Both the position numbers and the translations under genes were made by a program. DNA of 64,000 bases from an uncultured bacterium (GTDB lineage: Bacteria; Muiribacteriota; Ozemobacteria; Ozemobacterales; Ozemobacteraceae), in NCBI GenBank assembly GCA_964428355.1, contig CAYRYU010000004.1:67261-131260 (forward strand), read 5' to 3'. A model generated the notes under the pieces. That model made no database searches. It was not told where the DNA came from and saw only the letters and a program-made list of their open reading frames with translations. Numbering within the stretch: position 1 is the stretch's first letter; each line of letters opens with the position of its first letter. Shown here in pieces: positions 1 through 9,242 of this stretch.

Positions 1-578
1 TCGAATGAAAGGATCACGTATGCCCCGGACTCGGCGATCGAACGGCAGAATCCGGGATCGCGGGCGATCCGCAATCCGTTGGAGTTAACCGTGACCCGGC
101 CGATGCCCTTGCGGGAGGATGCCTCCTTGATCAAATCGAAAAGGTTGGGATGGAGAGTGGGTTCGCCACCCGTGATATTGATCAGATCGACGGGCCCGGA
201 TCTTTCCAGGAACCGGTCGAGAAGGGAGGAAAGCTCCTCGCGGGTCATGTGGTAGGCCTTGTCGTTCCGGTTGTAGGTGAAGCAGATGGGGCATTTAAGA
301 TCGCAGGCGTTGGTGATGGAAAATACGGGGAGGTTGCATGCGCTCGAGTGGAGCGCGCATGGCCCGCAATCATACGGGCAGCCCTTTTTGACCTGTGGAC
401 TGGGGATATTGAAGGGGCGGGAAGTCATCACGTGGTCGAGACCTTTCACGTACCAGGGGAATGATTCCGCGATCAGGGCTTCCGAGGAGCCGCAGTCGGG
501 GCAGAGGTTTTCCTGGAAGACCGATCCCTTCCGCTCGAAAATGCGTGAGACGGTCAGTTTCCGGCAGGATCGGCACAT
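1..578 (-). CDS. Radical SAM enzyme, N-terminal about 190 aa only; the gene runs off the window at position 1. It is a paralogue of the 4889-6298 radical SAM.
   Basis: Manual reverse-strand translation from the ATG at 578-576 gives MCRSCRKLTVSRIFERKGSVFQENLCPDCGSS...KKGCPYDCGPCALHSSAC...ITNACDLKCPICFTYN...ITGGEPTLHPNLFDLIK...TVNSNGLRIARDP. It carries a CxxC...CxxC zinc ribbon, two CxxxCxxC motifs and a GGEP motif. It is absent from the ORF track because no stop codon falls inside the window. Confidence 0.7.
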   Translation of the reverse strand, partial: MCRSCRKLTVSRIFERKGSVFQENLCPDCGSSEALIAESFPWYVKGLDHVMTSRPFNIPSPQVKKGCPYDCGPCALHSSACNLPVFSITNACDLKCPICFTYNRNDKAYHMTREELSSLLDRFLERSGPVDLINITGGEPTLHPNLFDLIKEASSRKGIGRVTVNSNGLRIARDPGFCRSIAESGAYVILSF

Positions 579-633
579 TCCCGTGGTCGAGGAAAGGTAG
601 GTGTAGGGGCGCTCTGGACGCGTGGGAAGAATA

Positions 634-1389
634 TCAAAATCCTCCGTTGACGCTTATTTCCTGGGCATTCACGTATGACGCCCTGTCGGAAGCGAGGAAG
701 GCGACCACTTCGGCAACCTCGGCAGATTTCCCGGGGCGCCCGGCCAGACAGTAGCGGCAAAACTCCTCGATATGCTTGGAGGGAACGTTCCGGCTGACCC
801 CGTCGTCGAGGAGGCCAGGCACCACGCAGTTCACGCGGATCTGGTACTTCGCCATCTCCCTGGCGAGGGCAAGGGTGAAACCCACCATAGCGCTCTTGGA
901 CGTCGCGTAATGGACCGGAACCTCGAGGAGCCGCTGCCCGGCAAGTGACCCGAGGTTAACGATGGATCCGCGTTTCCGCCTGATCATTCCCCTGATGAAC
1001 GCGTGGGTGACGAGGAACGGGCCCTTGACGTTCGTGTCCATCAGCTTGTCCCAGTCCTCTTCCTGGATGAGGGCGAAGGGCATGATCTCGGCCATCCCCG
1101 CGTTGTTGACGAGGATATCGACCGCGAAACCCTCCTTCTCGAGCTTCTCGGACAGGGCCTTGGCGGAATCACCGTCGATGATGTCGAGCTTGTGCGCCGT
1201 CACCTTGTGTCCCGCGGCGGTCAGCTCTTCAGCTAGCTTTATGGCCGGTTCGGAGTGGTCACGGTAGGAGAAGGCAACGGCCGCACCCTCGCGGGCCATT
1301 ACGCGGACGATCTCGCGGCCGATCGCGCCGCTCCCGCCGGTAACGAAGGCAAAACGGTTTGCGAGCATGAGGCTCATCGGAAAAACCAT
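634..1389 (-). CDS. Short-chain dehydrogenase/reductase (FabG-like SDR)
   Basis: 251 aa. Rossmann motif FVTGGSGAIGREIV, NNAG motif, and a catalytic YxxxK region (YATSKSAMVGF). M5 (MSLML) is an alternative start. Confidence 0.85.
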   Translation of the reverse strand: MVFPMSLMLANRFAFVTGGSGAIGREIVRVMAREGAAVAFSYRDHSEPAIKLAEELTAAGHKVTAHKLDIIDGDSAKALSEKLEKEGFAVDILVNNAGMAEIMPFALIQEEDWDKLMDTNVKGPFLVTHAFIRGMIRRKRGSIVNLGSLAGQRLLEVPVHYATSKSAMVGFTLALAREMAKYQIRVNCVVPGLLDDGVSRNVPSKHIEEFCRYCLAGRPGKSAEVAEVVAFLASDRASYVNAQEISVNGGF

Positions 1390-1466
1390 CCTTGTTTCGA
1401 ATTCAGCAGAATGTTACCACCAATGTCCGGAAGGTTCCACCCCGGCTTTCGGGAACGGCCAGATTC

Positions 1467-3611
1467 TCAATCTCCGGGAGGGGGGGAGATGTCCATCTCG
1501 TTGAGGAGAAGGTCGACGCATTGCTGCATCGAGGGGCGGAGGACCGCCTTGGTGTCACCCATCTCGGAGAGGGTCTCCTTCGATCCGGGAAGATCCGTGA
1601 TCTGGAGAAGTGCCCGGATTCGGGCTTTGGGCGGCAGCTCCCGGGCGGACCTGGCAAGGTGCTCCATCTCGACCTCGATCAGGTCGAATCCGCCACTCTT
1701 CAACTCGCGGATGAACCCCGTGGTCTCCTGGATGGGCGAAAACACCGACCTGACCTTCGCTCCTTCGACAGGCCTGTCGATCCATGGAGGGACTCCCGAT
1801 CGCCAGGAACCTGGCATGGGCCGCATTCCCCCTTCGGGCAGGAAAACCGCTGCGGGGCGAAGGTACTGACCGATCCTGGAGTTTTGCGAAAGCCCTCCGC
1901 AGTTCCCGAAGACGAAGACGTTTCCGATTCCCTTTTCCTTAACGAGGATGTCGAGGAGGACGCCCAGCTGGTCCCCGTAGACGTTGCGCGTGAGGAGCAT
2001 CCTCCTGGTTTTGCCCTCGGAATCCCGGAAAAGAAAAGTGCTGTGGAAGAGATGTTCGTCGGAAAAGGTCTCCCGCGGCCACTCGCCGATCTTCCTGGAA
2101 GGGATCCCCGGAAACGGCGGGTTCAACCAGCGGTCCACCAGTCGGTGGTCCCGGATCGCCCATTTCGAGGGAAGTATCCTGGCGAGAGAAATGCGCTCGT
2201 CGAGGCTCTTGAGGAAGCTTCCATGGAACCCCACCATCGCAAGGTCGATTTCCCCCGGGGAAACATGGCTCAGGGCGTTCCGGTAGAGGCCCGCCACCTC
2301 GGAACGGGCTGCGTGCGGATCGGTGAAGTCGAAAACCCTGAACCCGAGCGGTTTCCGGCCCGCCCGCCAGAGCGCGGCAGCGATGAGCGCTTCGGAATGG
2401 AGCGTCCTCGTGCGACCGTAGATCCCCCCACCGTAGAGGGCCCGCAACGATCCATCGGGGTACTCGGCGACGAAGAGGGAGGTGCTGACATATTCCCGCT
2501 TCCGGGCGATCTCCACCACCCGCCGTGCTCCGGAGTCCAGGATGTGTCGGAGCACCCGGGGCCTTGTCCCGCAAACCAGGTCGACCGGAATGCCGGTGTT
2601 GGAGATGACACGCATCGCGGGTCCGGTCAACCGTTCCTCGACATAACCCGCGAGATCAACGATGGAATGGGGGGCCGAGAAGTCGATGGCTGCAGTCTCT
2701 GGGGAGGGGGGGCGTGGGGAAAGCCCGCAGGGGGATGGCAAACAAAGGGCGGATTCCGGGGCGACCGACGAAACGACCGGCTGTCCCCTTATCACATCCT
2801 CGGGGCGGGAGTCGATTCCCTCCGAGAGGAATAGGCGGAGCCACCCTGGCGACCGGGCGAGGCCGTAGGGACCGTATTTGACAAGTTTCCTCATCGCGCC
2901 GGGTGAGAGCATCCCGTCGAGTTTCCGGAGATCACCTTCCTGACAGGCTTTCCGGATGGCGGTGGAACTCATTTCCAGTCCGGGAACCGGAAGAAGGATG
3001 AGGTTTCCATCCTTCCGAAGTGTTTCCAGCATGGAAACTCGAGGGATGGGTGCACCGGGACGGTGCATGACGACAAGCTTCATCTTGTCACCGAGGCATC
3101 CGCTCCAGTTCCTGACCACTTTTTCGAGAGAATCGGAGCCGAACAACAGATACACCCGGGCTCCGGGAACCTGGTTCCCCGCCGCATGTATGATCCGACG
3201 GAATGCGCTGGAGGCTGGGCCCTCCCGATCGGCGCGGCGGATCTCCCTGGGCGAGAGTAGCTGGATTGAACTGTTCCCGTGATCCCGGAGTGCTGCCTGG
3301 ATAATCTCCGCCCGTTGCTCGAGTGACGTCATCCCGGGTTTTGAAGGATTCCTGGCATTGGGAACGATATACAGCCGGTCGAGATGGAGGCTTTCGAATG
3401 CGCTCTGGGCAAGGTGGATGTGTCCCATGTGGAAGGGGTCGAAGGTCCCAGCGAAGATTCCGAGGGCCAAATCCTTTCCGGAACCGGGGCATGCCATTGC
3501 CAGGAGCGCGAGGATGAACAGGGCAGGAAGTGACAGGGAGCACCGCAGTTGCCGTGGATTTCGGTAGTTCATCGGACAACCTCCGAAGAAATGCTCAGGG
3601 GGAATTTCCAA
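1467..3611 (-). CDS. NadD-like nucleotidyltransferase domain protein with a roughly 470-aa C-terminal extension (nucleosidase/PNP_UDP-like motifs)
   Basis: The N-terminal domain reads GIFAGTFDPFHMGHIHLAQ (cytidylyltransferase/NadD HxGH motif). The C-terminal region carries VFVFGNCGGLSQNS and DLIEVEMEHLA, reminiscent of the MTA/AdoHcy nucleosidase fold. The longest ORF starts at 3611 with a hydrophobic stretch; the alternative ATG at 3497 (MACPGSG...) would give a cytoplasmic protein that begins directly at the NadD fold. Confidence 0.6.
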   Translation of the reverse strand: MEIPPEHFFGGCPMNYRNPRQLRCSLSLPALFILALLAMACPGSGKDLALGIFAGTFDPFHMGHIHLAQSAFESLHLDRLYIVPNARNPSKPGMTSLEQRAEIIQAALRDHGNSSIQLLSPREIRRADREGPASSAFRRIIHAAGNQVPGARVYLLFGSDSLEKVVRNWSGCLGDKMKLVVMHRPGAPIPRVSMLETLRKDGNLILLPVPGLEMSSTAIRKACQEGDLRKLDGMLSPGAMRKLVKYGPYGLARSPGWLRLFLSEGIDSRPEDVIRGQPVVSSVAPESALCLPSPCGLSPRPPSPETAAIDFSAPHSIVDLAGYVEERLTGPAMRVISNTGIPVDLVCGTRPRVLRHILDSGARRVVEIARKREYVSTSLFVAEYPDGSLRALYGGGIYGRTRTLHSEALIAAALWRAGRKPLGFRVFDFTDPHAARSEVAGLYRNALSHVSPGEIDLAMVGFHGSFLKSLDERISLARILPSKWAIRDHRLVDRWLNPPFPGIPSRKIGEWPRETFSDEHLFHSTFLFRDSEGKTRRMLLTRNVYGDQLGVLLDILVKEKGIGNVFVFGNCGGLSQNSRIGQYLRPAAVFLPEGGMRPMPGSWRSGVPPWIDRPVEGAKVRSVFSPIQETTGFIRELKSGGFDLIEVEMEHLARSARELPPKARIRALLQITDLPGSKETLSEMGDTKAVLRPSMQQCVDLLLNEMDISPPPGD

Positions 3612-4206
3612 GCTGCCAGGCTCTGATGGCGGGGACCGGGTGGAGCAGCATTATTATGTTCAGGGTTAGGGAGTCCCGGATCGTCATGAGAAGGGCCATC
3701 TCGACCAGCAGAAAGACGGCGAGCGCGCGCTTCCCTCCGATACGGCTCGCGATCAGGAACCCCGTCGCGCAACAAAGGATGTCTCCGAGGGAGTTCGCAA
3801 TGGAATCCCCGAGGTATCCGAAGGAAATCGTTGCGGTGCGGTACTTCTCGATGACGAACCGGGAGTTTTCGAGCAACTCCCAGAGACACTCCATTCCCAC
3901 GGTTACCGTGACTTTCCAGAAACGATGCAGGTTCCGCGCAACGATCCAGAGGAATCCGCAGAGAAGGAAGCCGTGAAGGATATGCGTGAAGCTGTAGGGG
4001 TCGAACACGTGCTGCGAATTGTGCAGGCTGTTCACCTGACCCGCCCAAAGGGAGGGTTCTCCGCATGAACACCAGAGTGGCCGATCCTGGAGCCGGAGTC
4101 GAATCACGGCCAGGATGACGAAAAGAACCCCGGTGCAAAGAGGCGCGAACCAACCCTCTTCCTTTCCGGCGGGCCCATCAGGTGGCCTTTCCAATTCTTC
4201 GACCAT
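3595..4206 (-). CDS. DUF2585 / UPF0314 family membrane protein
   Basis: 203 aa. The recalled family signature matches: HNSQHVFDPYSFTHILHGFLL ... WELLENSRFVIEKYR ... MTIRDSLTLNIIMLLHPVPAIRAWQLG. Confidence 0.8.
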   Translation of the reverse strand: MVEELERPPDGPAGKEEGWFAPLCTGVLFVILAVIRLRLQDRPLWCSCGEPSLWAGQVNSLHNSQHVFDPYSFTHILHGFLLCGFLWIVARNLHRFWKVTVTVGMECLWELLENSRFVIEKYRTATISFGYLGDSIANSLGDILCCATGFLIASRIGGKRALAVFLLVEMALLMTIRDSLTLNIIMLLHPVPAIRAWQLGNSP

Positions 4207-4287
4207 GAGGCATCAATGGTAACGGAAAGGCCTTCCGATTTCAATCCGGTTGCAAAGGAGGTCAGGCGATAATAGTATGTCAAGGTC

Positions 4288-4875
4288 ATGAGCAGGGAAT
4301 CGGCGATCCTGGATCGGTGCCTCGGTTTGCGAGGTGCCGACCCGATCCGGGCCGCCATCGCGATGATGCATGATCTTCCGATCCGGATGCACGGTCCCGA
4401 GCACCATTTTCTCGTCCCGGGGGTCCTGCTCGGGGTCGCCCTTGCAAACAACGGTCTCGGGGTCGACGCTATCCGCCAGCGGTTGCGCGAGGCCAGGGAA
4501 AGGGCGTTGCAGGTTCCCGGGGGATTCTGCGGCTCCCATGGAGCCTGCGGGGCCGGTGTGGGCGCTGGAATCTTCTTCAGCATCCTGACGGGGGCCACCC
4601 CCCTCTCGGAAGACGAATGGAAGTGGAGCCAGGCAGCCACCGCCAGGAGCCTGGCAGCCATGGCCCGGATCGGAGGGCCCCGTTGCTGCAAACGAAGCAC
4701 ATACCTGGCTCTCCGTGCGTCGATTCTTCTCGCCCGGAGGCTCCGCGTCGCCGACTTCCCATATCCCCCCCGGATCGTCTGCGGTTTCTCGGGGATGAAC
4801 GAGGAATGTATCGGAGCTTCCTGCCCGTTCAACCCGCGCGGACTGGAATCCGCGGCTGTTACATCGCCTGCTTGA
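4288..4875 (+). CDS. Conserved Cys/His-rich hypothetical protein, immediately upstream of and probably co-transcribed with the radical SAM gene
   Basis: 195 aa with motifs HHFLVPGVLLG, GFCGSHGACGAGVGAG and PRCCKRSTYLAL. Its stop lies 14 bp before the radical SAM start codon. Confidence 0.5.
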   Translation: MSRESAILDRCLGLRGADPIRAAIAMMHDLPIRMHGPEHHFLVPGVLLGVALANNGLGVDAIRQRLREARERALQVPGGFCGSHGACGAGVGAGIFFSILTGATPLSEDEWKWSQAATARSLAAMARIGGPRCCKRSTYLALRASILLARRLRVADFPYPPRIVCGFSGMNEECIGASCPFNPRGLESAAVTSPA

Positions 4876-4888
4876 AAAGGAGTCCAGG

Positions 4889-6298
4889 ATGACCATCCCG
4901 AATGGACAACTCACGGTGACCAGAACCGTCTGCCCCGAATGCCGAAAGACCGTTCATGCAAAAGTCCTCCACCGGGATGGAAGGATCTACTTCGAGAAAC
5001 ACTGCCCCGAACACGGGGTTTCGGAAAGCCTGGTCGCTGACGATGCCCGGGCCTACCTCGACGCGATCCGGTTCGTAAGGTCAGCCTGGAAGCCTCTCCA
5101 GTTCACCTCCTCGGTCGAAAAGGGCTGCCCGGAGGATTGCGGACTCTGCCCCGACCACGAGCAGCACGTCTGCATGCCGGTTCTCGAGATCACCGACCAC
5201 TGCGACATGGAATGTCCGATTTGCCTTGTACGAAATCGCCATTCATGGCACATCACCCGCGAGGAGTTCAACCGCATACTCGACCGTCTCCTGGAATCCG
5301 AAGGTTCCATCGATGTCTTGAGCCTCTCCGGCGGCGAACCCACCCTCCACCCGCAGTTCCGCGACCTGGTCCAGGACTGCGTCGATCGGAGGAAGATCCT
5401 CAGGGTGAGCCTTTCGACCAATGGACTCCGTCTGGCCCGCGACCCGGAGTTGAGGGAGTTTTTGGGCTCCAGGAACGTCGTGGTCAGCCTCCAGTTCGAT
5501 GGAAGCGATCCCGTCGCCCTCCGGAGGATGCGTGGAGGGGATGTTTCCGCCCCCAAGAAGTCCCTCCTGGACGATCTGACGAAATCCGATTTTCCCTGTT
5601 CCCTCACCTTCACCCTCGCGGGCGGGTTGAACGAAGAGGGACTCGCGGAAGCGGTCGATCTTCTGTTCGCGAGGCCGAACATCCTGAGCCTGATGGTTCA
5701 ACCCCTGGCCTTCTGCGGCCACGGAAGCGAACTTTCCCCGGAAGACGGCCAGGGGCCAGGTCAGATCAGGAAGGTGTTCATCCCCGAGGTCACCCGCCTG
5801 CTTGAAAAGCATGGAAAGGGCCGTGTCTCGGCCAGCGACTTCCTTCCCCTTCCATGCAGCCATCCCAACTGTTTCTCCCTGGGGTTTTTCCTCAAACACG
5901 ACGACGGGGGCTTTTCCGCGCTCGCCAAGTTGTTCGACCCCACGACCTACCTCGACATCCTCAAGAACCGGTCTTTCTTCGGGACCGATCCCCAGAACTT
6001 CGACGACATACAGAACGCTGTCTACCAGCTTTGGTCCGGAGGTTCGGGGAACGCGCCCGATTCGAAGAAAGCCCTCCACTCGATCAAGACCCTGCTCCGG
6101 AAGATCCAGGGCGGAGGCGGGTTCGACGCCTCCCGCAACATCACGATCGCCGAGCGGGCGATGAAATCCGTTTTCATCCATGCGTTCATGGACCCCGGCA
6201 CCTTCGACATCGGCAGGGTAAGGAAGTGCTGCCAGGTCTATCCCCTGAGGGACGGCCGGCTGGTGCCGATCTGCGCTTACAATAACCTGATCAGGTGA
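4889..6298 (+). CDS. Radical SAM enzyme with an N-terminal zinc-ribbon/rubredoxin-like motif (possible Tes/GDGT-MAS-like family)
   Basis: 469 aa. CPECRK...HCPEHG at the N-terminus, then CPEDCGLC and the canonical CDMECPIC (CxxxCxxC). LSLSGGEPTLHP and SLSTNGLRLARDPE are present, with C-terminal Cys residues (HPNCFSLGFF, CCQVYP...ICAYNN) consistent with auxiliary clusters. Confidence 0.85.
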   Translation: MTIPNGQLTVTRTVCPECRKTVHAKVLHRDGRIYFEKHCPEHGVSESLVADDARAYLDAIRFVRSAWKPLQFTSSVEKGCPEDCGLCPDHEQHVCMPVLEITDHCDMECPICLVRNRHSWHITREEFNRILDRLLESEGSIDVLSLSGGEPTLHPQFRDLVQDCVDRRKILRVSLSTNGLRLARDPELREFLGSRNVVVSLQFDGSDPVALRRMRGGDVSAPKKSLLDDLTKSDFPCSLTFTLAGGLNEEGLAEAVDLLFARPNILSLMVQPLAFCGHGSELSPEDGQGPGQIRKVFIPEVTRLLEKHGKGRVSASDFLPLPCSHPNCFSLGFFLKHDDGGFSALAKLFDPTTYLDILKNRSFFGTDPQNFDDIQNAVYQLWSGGSGNAPDSKKALHSIKTLLRKIQGGGGFDASRNITIAERAMKSVFIHAFMDPGTFDIGRVRKCCQVYPLRDGRLVPICAYNNLIR

Positions 6299-9242
6299 GG
6301 GTTCCGCCCCCGGAAAGGATCATGAGGGAAATGTCGTCCGCGGGGGGATCCTCGGGAGAAACCCGGGAATGCCAGTCCCGGAGAGCGCGTTCGATTTCGA
6401 CCGGGTCGTTCCCTTCGGGGGTCGACAGGTCCAGGTTCTCGACGGCCTCCTGGCACCGGGGAAAACCCAGGGAGGCTCCGTTCGTGTCCGTGGCTTCAAA
6501 GAAACCATCGGAGTGGAACACGAGGACATCACCCCGGACGAGCCTGAACTCGACCTCGGGATAGCTCTTCCTGTTCCTCGTTCCGAGGGGAAACCCGGAG
6601 ACTCCGATCTGCTCGGCCTTTCCCGCTCGAAGCAGGAAGGGAAACGTCTGGCCGGCATTCGCCATCCGCAGGGTCCCGGATTCCACATCCAGAACCGCTA
6701 TCATGCATGTCATCATCATCCGTTTCTGGAGAAGGCGGGAGAATACCTCCTGGCAGGTGTCCAGGAACTCTCCCGGCTGGTGACTGCAGGCGGGATGGTT
6801 GAGCATCGCCTTTGCCATTCCGACCACGAGTGCGGCTGGTACCCCGTGACCGGAAACGTCGCCCAGCAACATCAGTATCCGTCCGCCGTCGAGAGGGAAA
6901 TAATCGAAGTAGTCGCCTCCCACATGGCTTGCGGGGCGGCAGGTTCCGAATATTCTCCAAGCCCCGAGATCGAGGGGTTTTCGGGGGAACAACTGCTCCT
7001 GGGTGACTTTCGCCACTTCCAGATCCTCGAGTCCCGCCAGCATCTCGTTGAAGGTTTCCGACAGGACTCCCATCTCGTCAAGGTCCAATACCGGAATCCG
7101 GTGCGAGAACCGACGTTCATCGATCGCCCTGACCCCCTCGGCAAGATTCATGACCGGTGCGAGGAACCTGTCCGACAAGGCAACTGAGGCCGCGTAACCG
7201 AAGAAGAGTAACGACAGGCAGATCACCAATATAACCAGCAGGGGGACCCGTAAGGCAGACATGATCTCCCGGCCGGATGAGACAAGGAAGAGATAGGTAT
7301 GGGGAAGAAGCTGGGCTTTCAATCCGGTCATGAACATCCGGATTCCATCTTTCCCCTCAAAAACCATCTTGACGGGCTTTCCCTGGTTGGCAACCAGATC
7401 CTTTATCCAGCTCACTTCCCGGTGATAGGGAAAACTCTCGTCATACTTCTGGCCAACGAGATGGACCAGGATGGAAATCCCCCGGTTCCTTGCCAGAAAT
7501 GCGGGAAGTGATCTCTCCAGGTAGAAATCCCGGACGGAAAGATCCTGCCAACCGAAGAGTGCTGCCAGCCGGGTCCGCCTTCCTGCGTCCTTGAATGGGA
7601 AAAGCAGCATCTCGAATCTTCCGTTCGCAAACTTGAACGACTTGATGGTTTTTACGTAGGCGGTGAGATTCGCAAACATGAAATCCGCGTTCAAACCGAG
7701 GTAATCGAGGGTGGATTTCAAAAGAATCTCCTCCCGTGGGTCCGGGGAGCCCCCCTCCGGGTCTTTCAGGTCTGGGAAGGCCGCATGGATCTGGCTTCGT
7801 AGGATCGGCCGGAGTTTCTGCACGTGGTCCGCCCATCCGGATTCGGTGGAGAAGACCGATTTCCGCTTTTCATCTATCACCTCACAGGCATCCACCGAAA
7901 AGCGGCGGGTCACTTCCCGGCAACGGGCGATGCATTGCTCGGGGGAAAAATCCCGTCCGGGGAATGGTTTACCCAGTGCCTCCAGAACCTCGTTCTGGAA
8001 GGTCCCGACCCCGGCGTGGAAGTCCTGCTCGAAGTCCGCCACCAGGCGTTCGTGCTTGGCGAACAACTCCTTTTCGAGCGTCCGCTTCCTGTCCTGGAGG
8101 AACCTGTGCGATCCAATCCCGACGATCAGCAAAGGAATCCCGACGACATAGGAGAAAAGGAATGCGAATTTCCACCTGATTGACCGGGAAACCCCGGGAC
8201 TTTTCCCTTTCCCGGGCCAACCGGTTCCCGTTGCCATTCCTCCGGAGATTTCCTCCCCGCCGGTCAGGAGTGGGAACGACCATACTCCGAGCAGGAGGAA
8301 CGAAACCAGGCAGATCACTCCTCCTGCCGCCCTGAGCGCACGCCAATCGGCGGGGGCGGAGTTGGGAAGTGCGAGAAGCAGGCTCAAGCTTGGGTCGACC
8401 GGAAGACATCCCCAAAGGAACCCGCGGTCCCGATGGAACCGCCCGGGTTCCGATTGCAGGTGCATGAAAGCTCGGTCCAGGAATGGATGCAGGTCTCCCC
8501 ACGTGGCGGGATCCCCTGGTCGGGATGAGGACATCGTGACGAACCCGGCACGGAGCTCCGGATACCTCTTCCGCATGGCCTTCAGATGGATGCCCGGGCC
8601 AAGACGGTTCCAGTCCTTGGTTTGGGAGATCCAGGACAGGAACATCCCTTTCTCGGTCGGCCAGGAAACGAAGAGATACGATCGCTTCTCACTATATGAG
8701 GCCGAGAAAAAGTGGTTGATCAGCGGAACCTTCGGATAATGGCAGAAGGCGGGCCCCAGGAAAGGCTGATAATCCTTGAAGTTCGCTTCGAGGGGCGTGC
8801 GGTTCATATCTTGGAACTGCCGGCAGTCGCGGAAGAAAGCCCTGACGGTTTTGGCTGGAGGAATGATATCGGAGAGATCCGTGACGGTGTTCCCCCGGTC
8901 GTCGATCAGAAGGAACTCGAACGTCCCCGGAAACTCTTTTTGCAGCCACTTCTTCAAATCCGAAAAGAACCCTCTCGGGTTCAAATCACCGAAGACCTCT
9001 GCCTGAAGCCTTAGAAGAGAATCGTTGAGGAACGAGGCGGAAGTCCGGGACCCCTCGAGTTCGAGCCTCATGATCGACATCTTCCGCTCCAGGTCTTCCC
9101 AGGAGTCGGCTTCCCACCCGGAAAGAACCTGCGAAATCCAGAGGAACACGAGAAAGAGGGGAACCCCGAAGAAGAAGGAAGATGCCGCCAGCCAGCGGAA
9201 TCTGGGAAAACTGGGAACCCCGGGATGCGCTTCCTGCCTCAT
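6291..9242 (-). CDS. Membrane sensor serine phosphatase: extracytoplasmic sensor domain, HAMP, PP2C/SpoIIE (RsbU-like)
   Basis: HAMP region LAPVMNLAEGVRAIDERRFSHRIPV...DEMGVLSETFNEMLAGL. PP2C motifs GGDYFDYFPL and LLGDVSGHGVPAAL. The start is set at the ATG at 9242, which forms an ATGA overlap with the upstream paralogue's stop; the longest ORF would start at 9278. Confidence 0.85.
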   Translation of the reverse strand: MRQEAHPGVPSFPRFRWLAASSFFFGVPLFLVFLWISQVLSGWEADSWEDLERKMSIMRLELEGSRTSASFLNDSLLRLQAEVFGDLNPRGFFSDLKKWLQKEFPGTFEFLLIDDRGNTVTDLSDIIPPAKTVRAFFRDCRQFQDMNRTPLEANFKDYQPFLGPAFCHYPKVPLINHFFSASYSEKRSYLFVSWPTEKGMFLSWISQTKDWNRLGPGIHLKAMRKRYPELRAGFVTMSSSRPGDPATWGDLHPFLDRAFMHLQSEPGRFHRDRGFLWGCLPVDPSLSLLLALPNSAPADWRALRAAGGVICLVSFLLLGVWSFPLLTGGEEISGGMATGTGWPGKGKSPGVSRSIRWKFAFLFSYVVGIPLLIVGIGSHRFLQDRKRTLEKELFAKHERLVADFEQDFHAGVGTFQNEVLEALGKPFPGRDFSPEQCIARCREVTRRFSVDACEVIDEKRKSVFSTESGWADHVQKLRPILRSQIHAAFPDLKDPEGGSPDPREEILLKSTLDYLGLNADFMFANLTAYVKTIKSFKFANGRFEMLLFPFKDAGRRTRLAALFGWQDLSVRDFYLERSLPAFLARNRGISILVHLVGQKYDESFPYHREVSWIKDLVANQGKPVKMVFEGKDGIRMFMTGLKAQLLPHTYLFLVSSGREIMSALRVPLLVILVICLSLLFFGYAASVALSDRFLAPVMNLAEGVRAIDERRFSHRIPVLDLDEMGVLSETFNEMLAGLEDLEVAKVTQEQLFPRKPLDLGAWRIFGTCRPASHVGGDYFDYFPLDGGRILMLLGDVSGHGVPAALVVGMAKAMLNHPACSHQPGEFLDTCQEVFSRLLQKRMMMTCMIAVLDVESGTLRMANAGQTFPFLLRAGKAEQIGVSGFPLGTRNRKSYPEVEFRLVRGDVLVFHSDGFFEATDTNGASLGFPRCQEAVENLDLSTPEGNDPVEIERALRDWHSRVSPEDPPADDISLMILSGGGTLT

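Noticed and set aside
1392-2834. 480-aa plus-strand ORF
   Set aside because: It is antisense to the NadD-like gene, which has a clear HxGH nucleotidyltransferase motif. The translation is R/G/P/A-rich low-complexity sequence typical of GC-rich shadow ORFs.
5243-6181. 312-aa minus-strand ORF
   Set aside because: It lies entirely inside, and antisense to, the radical SAM gene, whose motifs are unambiguous. It has no recognisable domain.
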